From assembly GCA_052327205.1 (NCBI GenBank), contig CM126223.1, positions 59,396,001 through 59,460,000 on the forward strand: 64,000 nucleotides of DNA. Direction: 5' to 3'. This DNA is from Somniosus microcephalus. Its lineage: Eukaryota. Below the pieces are notes generated by a model that searched no databases, was not told the origin of the DNA, and was given only the letters and a program-made list of their open reading frames with translations. The position numbers and the translations under genes were made by a program. Positions 60,221 to 64,000 of this stretch are shown one piece after another (positions within the stretch are counted from its first letter, which is position 1; each line of letters opens with the position of its first letter).

Positions 60221-60396
60221 TGTAGTGTATGTGCCTTTAAGAGCCCCATGTGTGCTGTAATGCCGGTAATGGCCGCTCGGGCTATATAAGCCTGTATATT
60301 GTGTTATATCCGTTAGTACCCCTCCAGACTTTGCTTAGTAAACACCTATGAATCAACTCCTGTCTTCAGTGTCTCTATCAACACACGGACACTACA
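60221..60396 (+). repeat. 3' LTR
   Basis: 176 bp, matches 55502-55677. Confidence 0.97.
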
Positions 60397-60486
60397 TGTG
60401 GGATTGTACGAGAGTGGAACAGTGGCACAGACTTGATGGGCCGAATGATCGGTTTCTGCACTGTAACATTCTGCGACTCTATAACC

Positions 60487-60634
60487 GCACAGGTGAGGTA
60501 ATTTATATCCCGTTTTACTGTTTTTGAATAGTTTGATCGGAATGTGGCTGTGGGCTTCCTCAAGTTTCACAACACCTGCTTAACACACAATAGGGCAACA
60601 CACCTCTTTGATACTCTATTTATTTCTCCTTTAG
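60487..60634. repeat. Dispersed duplicated block, copy B (paralog at 2968-3112)
   Basis: Direct comparison with copy A. Confidence 0.9.
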
Positions 60635-61269
60635 GCTCTCTGACTTGCCTTTAATCATAGATTTCAACATACTGAACTCCAGGTCAGTTTAACTTTGGAG
60701 AAGCTTTTTTTTTTATCTCTCAAGTACTTTAAACGACGGTGATGGATTTTGAACTGAACTTGGGAGCCAGCTCCATCCTCCTGATACTAAATGATCTCAG
60801 AGAAACGTACATCATAAAATCGAATAGGATCTTACAAGGCTCATTTACAGCACCCCTATAGCGTCCATTAAAACCTTTTTGAAATATTGGAGGATTGTAA
60901 AGTTAAAATGCAACATGTCCATATGTGGAAACACGATTCTGTAACTGCATATTTGGCAAACCAGCCAGGAGAATAATCACATTTAAGCCAGTTATTGCAC
61001 TTGGTGCTTTTAATTTTTTTTTAAGTTGCATAGCAGAATGATTTTATTGCTAAAGCATTAATATTTCATCAAAACTGAAGGTAATTTGGGAACCTGCAAA
61101 GTGCAAATGCCAATACTACACTAATGGGAACATGAGAGCAGGATTATTATAATTGAAATGCATTCATCTCCACATTCAGGCAGTAACTCATCATGTTGTC
61201 TTTTTAAGGTTCGGGAGGCCTTTTGAGACGTTGAGGGTGGCCTTCTCCTCTTCGATGTGGAGCAGTAGC

Positions 61270-62083
61270 GGCGTCGCCAACTCTGATTGGACATATTCCT
61301 GGAGCTATCATCACATGACCTCCTGCCTCCGATCGCCCCGCCCCCACACTCCTGTCATTGGTCGCCCAACACGTCCATCCTCACGGTGCCTTCCCACGGC
61401 CAATCGGAAAGCGAACAGACTCTTCATTACCCGATTGGATGATTCTTGACTGTCAGTCAAAACAGCCTTTTTCCCCCAAGTCTGACATTTTTTAGAACTA
61501 ATAAACAGAAAAAAAGAAAGGCTTGCATTTATGTAGCGCCTTTCACGGCCACCGGAGGTTCGAAAGAGCTTTGCAGCCAATGAAGTACTTTTGGAGTGTA
61601 GTCACTGTTGTAATGTAGAAAATGCGGCAGCCAATTTGCGCACAGCAAGCTCCCACAAATAGCAATGTGATAATAGTGATGTTGATTGAGGGATAAATAT
61701 TGGCCTAAGGGTTAACTCCCCTGCTCTTCTTCGAAATAGTGCCATTGGATCTTGTACGTCCGCTTGAGAGAGCAGACAGGGCCTCGATTTAACATCTCAT
61801 CTGAAAGACGGCACCTCTAGACAGTGCAGCACTCCCTCAGCACTGCACTGGGAGTGTCAAGCCTAGATTTTTGTGCTCAAGTCCCTGGAGCAGGTCTATG
61901 AACTCATAACCTTCTGACTCAGAGCGAGCGAGGGTGCTACCCACTGAGTTACAGCTGACACTCGGGTGTTCAAATAAAATTCTTTTAAAAACGCCATTTT
62001 TATTTATTGCGCCTATTTTTCTCCTGGGTTTGTTTGCAGCAGTGTCCTGGAGAGTAGTATTTAATTCCTGGAGGCTTGGCAAC
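61270..62083. mobile_element. Old TIR-type element (GGGTTGCCAAC-like ends) hosting a SINE
   Basis: Left gcgtcgccaactc..., right ...gaggcttggcaacct; ends degenerate. Confidence 0.4.
61508..61958 (-). mobile_element. SacSINE1/DeuSINE-type SINE
   Basis: Full antisense match to 3772-4222. Confidence 0.88.
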
Positions 62084-63220
62084 CTAAATAGCAGTGGGAT
62101 GAGACTTCTAACTTGCCCCCCAAACCTGATCCATTTTCCTGGGTTGAGGGTCAATGCAGATGTTGGGATTCATGCTGCCAAGGCAGGGGCCTGCCAATGC
62201 CCGCTGCAAATCCCCAGACCATCACTGCAGCACCAGAAGAGGCGGCCAGGTATTTAAAGGTGCAGAAGGGCCCTGAAGATCAAGGAAGCTGTAGCCTTCT
62301 AGGCCTCCATTCCCCGACCTTTGGCTACCACCTTGGGCCTAACACCACCTTCCACTTCGCAGTCCTAGGTAGTGGCAGCTACTGGGGCGGACGGGAGGTG
62401 TGCGGCCCAAGGACCCGGGCTCAGACACCTCTGCTGGTACTTGCATGTGGCAGGCAGGAAGGGGGCATCCAACACGGGCAAGGGATAGAAATTGAGGTTG
62501 GGGATGACGAGACGGTGGTGGCCTCACTGCCTGATTTCGCCTCATTCTCTGCTGCGATTTGGGTAAGATCGCGGATAGGAATCCAGTCCTGAGACTGAAA
62601 TTTCTCCTGGTGATAAGATTAGTGAAAAATGGGATATCTGGGTTTTTTTTTATACTCATTCTGGCATTTTCACAGAACTTAATGGCGGGATTCATTTCCC
62701 TCCCCAATGTGATTGCCGATATTATAGAGGAGCGAGTGGCACAGTGGGTTAGAACAGGGTGTGCAACCTGTGACCACCAAGCACTGGCAGTCTGGTACTA
62801 GAAGCCCAGGCAACCCGGTCCTCTTTGGGTTTGTATTTCTCACATTGAAATTTGTGGGCCTGGTGGTTTGGAAAGAGCTGCTTCCAGTGCAGCTGCCTCA
62901 TTGGTACATGAATTCTAAATCCAAACACCATGATTTGTTAGTATTAGTGACGTGAAATCTATGGCAATTAATGGGAACAGAGATTTAAACTTTATTTCTG
63001 GCCTCTGGGGCTCAATAATAAACACTTTTGTGACTCACAAAGACAGAAGCTTGGACTCCAGTGGGTTAGTTGGAGCACCTGGCAGAAAGGTGATTGCCTC
63101 TCTTTCTTTCTCTGTCTTCCTCTCTCTCTCTTTCTCTTTCTTTCTCTCTTTCTCTTTCTCTTTTTGTCTTTCCTTTTTTTTTGTCTCTTTCTGTCTGTCT
63201 TTACTTCTCTCAGTGTCAGT

Positions 63221-63652
63221 TGTGGCTCAGTGGGCAGCACACTTGCCTCTGAGTCAGAAGGTTGTGGTTGTGGTTCAAGTCCCACGCCAGGAATGTGAGC
63301 ACATAAATCTAGGCTGACACTCCAGTGGTGTGCTGCACTGTTGGAGGTGCCGTCTTTCGGATAAGATGTTAAACCGAGGCCCTGTCTGCTCTCTCAGATG
63401 TAAAAGATCCCATGACACTATTTCGAAGAAGAGCAGTGGAGTTATCCCTGGTATCCTGGCCAATATTTATCCCTCAACCAACATAACATAAACAGATTAT
63501 CTGGTCATTATCACATTGCTGTTTGTGGGAACTTGCTGTGCGCAAATTGGCTGCTGCATTTCCCACATTACAACAGTGACTACACTTCAAAAGTACTTCA
63601 TTGGCTGTAAAGCACTTTGAGATGACAAAGGTGCTATATAAATGCAAGTTGT
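63221..63652 (+). mobile_element. SacSINE1/DeuSINE-type SINE
   Basis: tggctcagtggg, ggttcaagtccc, ggaggtgccgtctttcggataagatgttaaaccgagg, L2-like tail. Confidence 0.9.
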
Positions 63653-64000
63653 TTTTTTTTTCTGTATCTCTCTCTCTCTTAGATTGAACTGATTAAGATG
63701 GCTATGACATCAGGCAGCCCAGTGCACAGTGGGCAAAAGTCCGTCCTACAAATCACCCACGGCAATCATTCACTGCTCTCACTCTGAGATTGCCCAAGGA
63801 CGGCTGCCGTGACCGATGGAAGTCCTTCATTAGTCCTATTTATATGAAGATGACAGAAAATGATAAACTCACCAATGACTTAATCTGTTCTCTAATTTTC
63901 TTTGCCTAAATCATAAAATGTTTCCATATCATGTCAACACCGGGATCACACTGTTGACATGGTGAAGGTTGCCAGATAAACGAGGCAGCATGATGTTAAC

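Larger units (their letters stand above)
55502..60396 (+). mobile_element. Full-length Ty3/Gypsy LTR retrotransposon (Mag-like)
   Basis: Two 176-bp LTRs, TSD TGTGG (55497-55501 and 60397-60401), PBS, PPT, domain order gag-PR-RT-RH-IN. Confidence 0.97.

Noticed and set aside
63930-63961. Hairpin catgtcaaca...tgttgacatg as a miRNA or terminator
   Set aside because: Only a 10-bp stem at the window edge; too short for a pre-miRNA and lacking context
1-64000. Most of the 60-160 aa ORFs in the track as genes
   Set aside because: They are antisense or off-frame reads of LINEs, GC-rich MITE frames or microsatellite translations, with no recognisable host domains

Overview
Repeat-dominated vertebrate DNA, most likely from a cartilaginous fish (shark). 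That call rests on an HE1-type V-SINE, Deu-domain SacSINE1-type SINEs and abundant CR1/HER1-type LINEs. I recognise no conventional host gene with confidence. Main contents: (1) a young, full-length Ty3/Gypsy LTR retrotransposon (55502-60396) with 176-bp LTRs differing at 3 positions, a 5-bp TSD, PBS and PPT; its gag-pol is broken only at three homopolymer positions. (2) A ~5.3-kb head-to-tail array of five non-autonomous Helitrons (47709-53036), with one perfect CTAG|TC junction; each unit carries a motif-dense CCAAT/GC-box promoter-like cassette (CRE in most units), and one also has an intron and RFX boxes. (3) About 13 PIF/Harbinger-type TIR elements, most with readable 3-bp TSDs; one still carries a decayed Harbinger transposase N-terminus. 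(4) A near-full-length CR1 (esterase ORF1, APE, RT) and many CR1/L2 fragments. (5) Two solo LTRs of one family. (6) Penelope-like ends with disabled hammerhead cores. (7) A ~145-bp non-repeat block present twice, 57.5 kb apart. (8) Weak signals for an unannotated minus-strand spliced gene at 11-24 kb. Family assignments come from motif recognition only, not database searches. Ends without a TSD or terminal motif are approximate.
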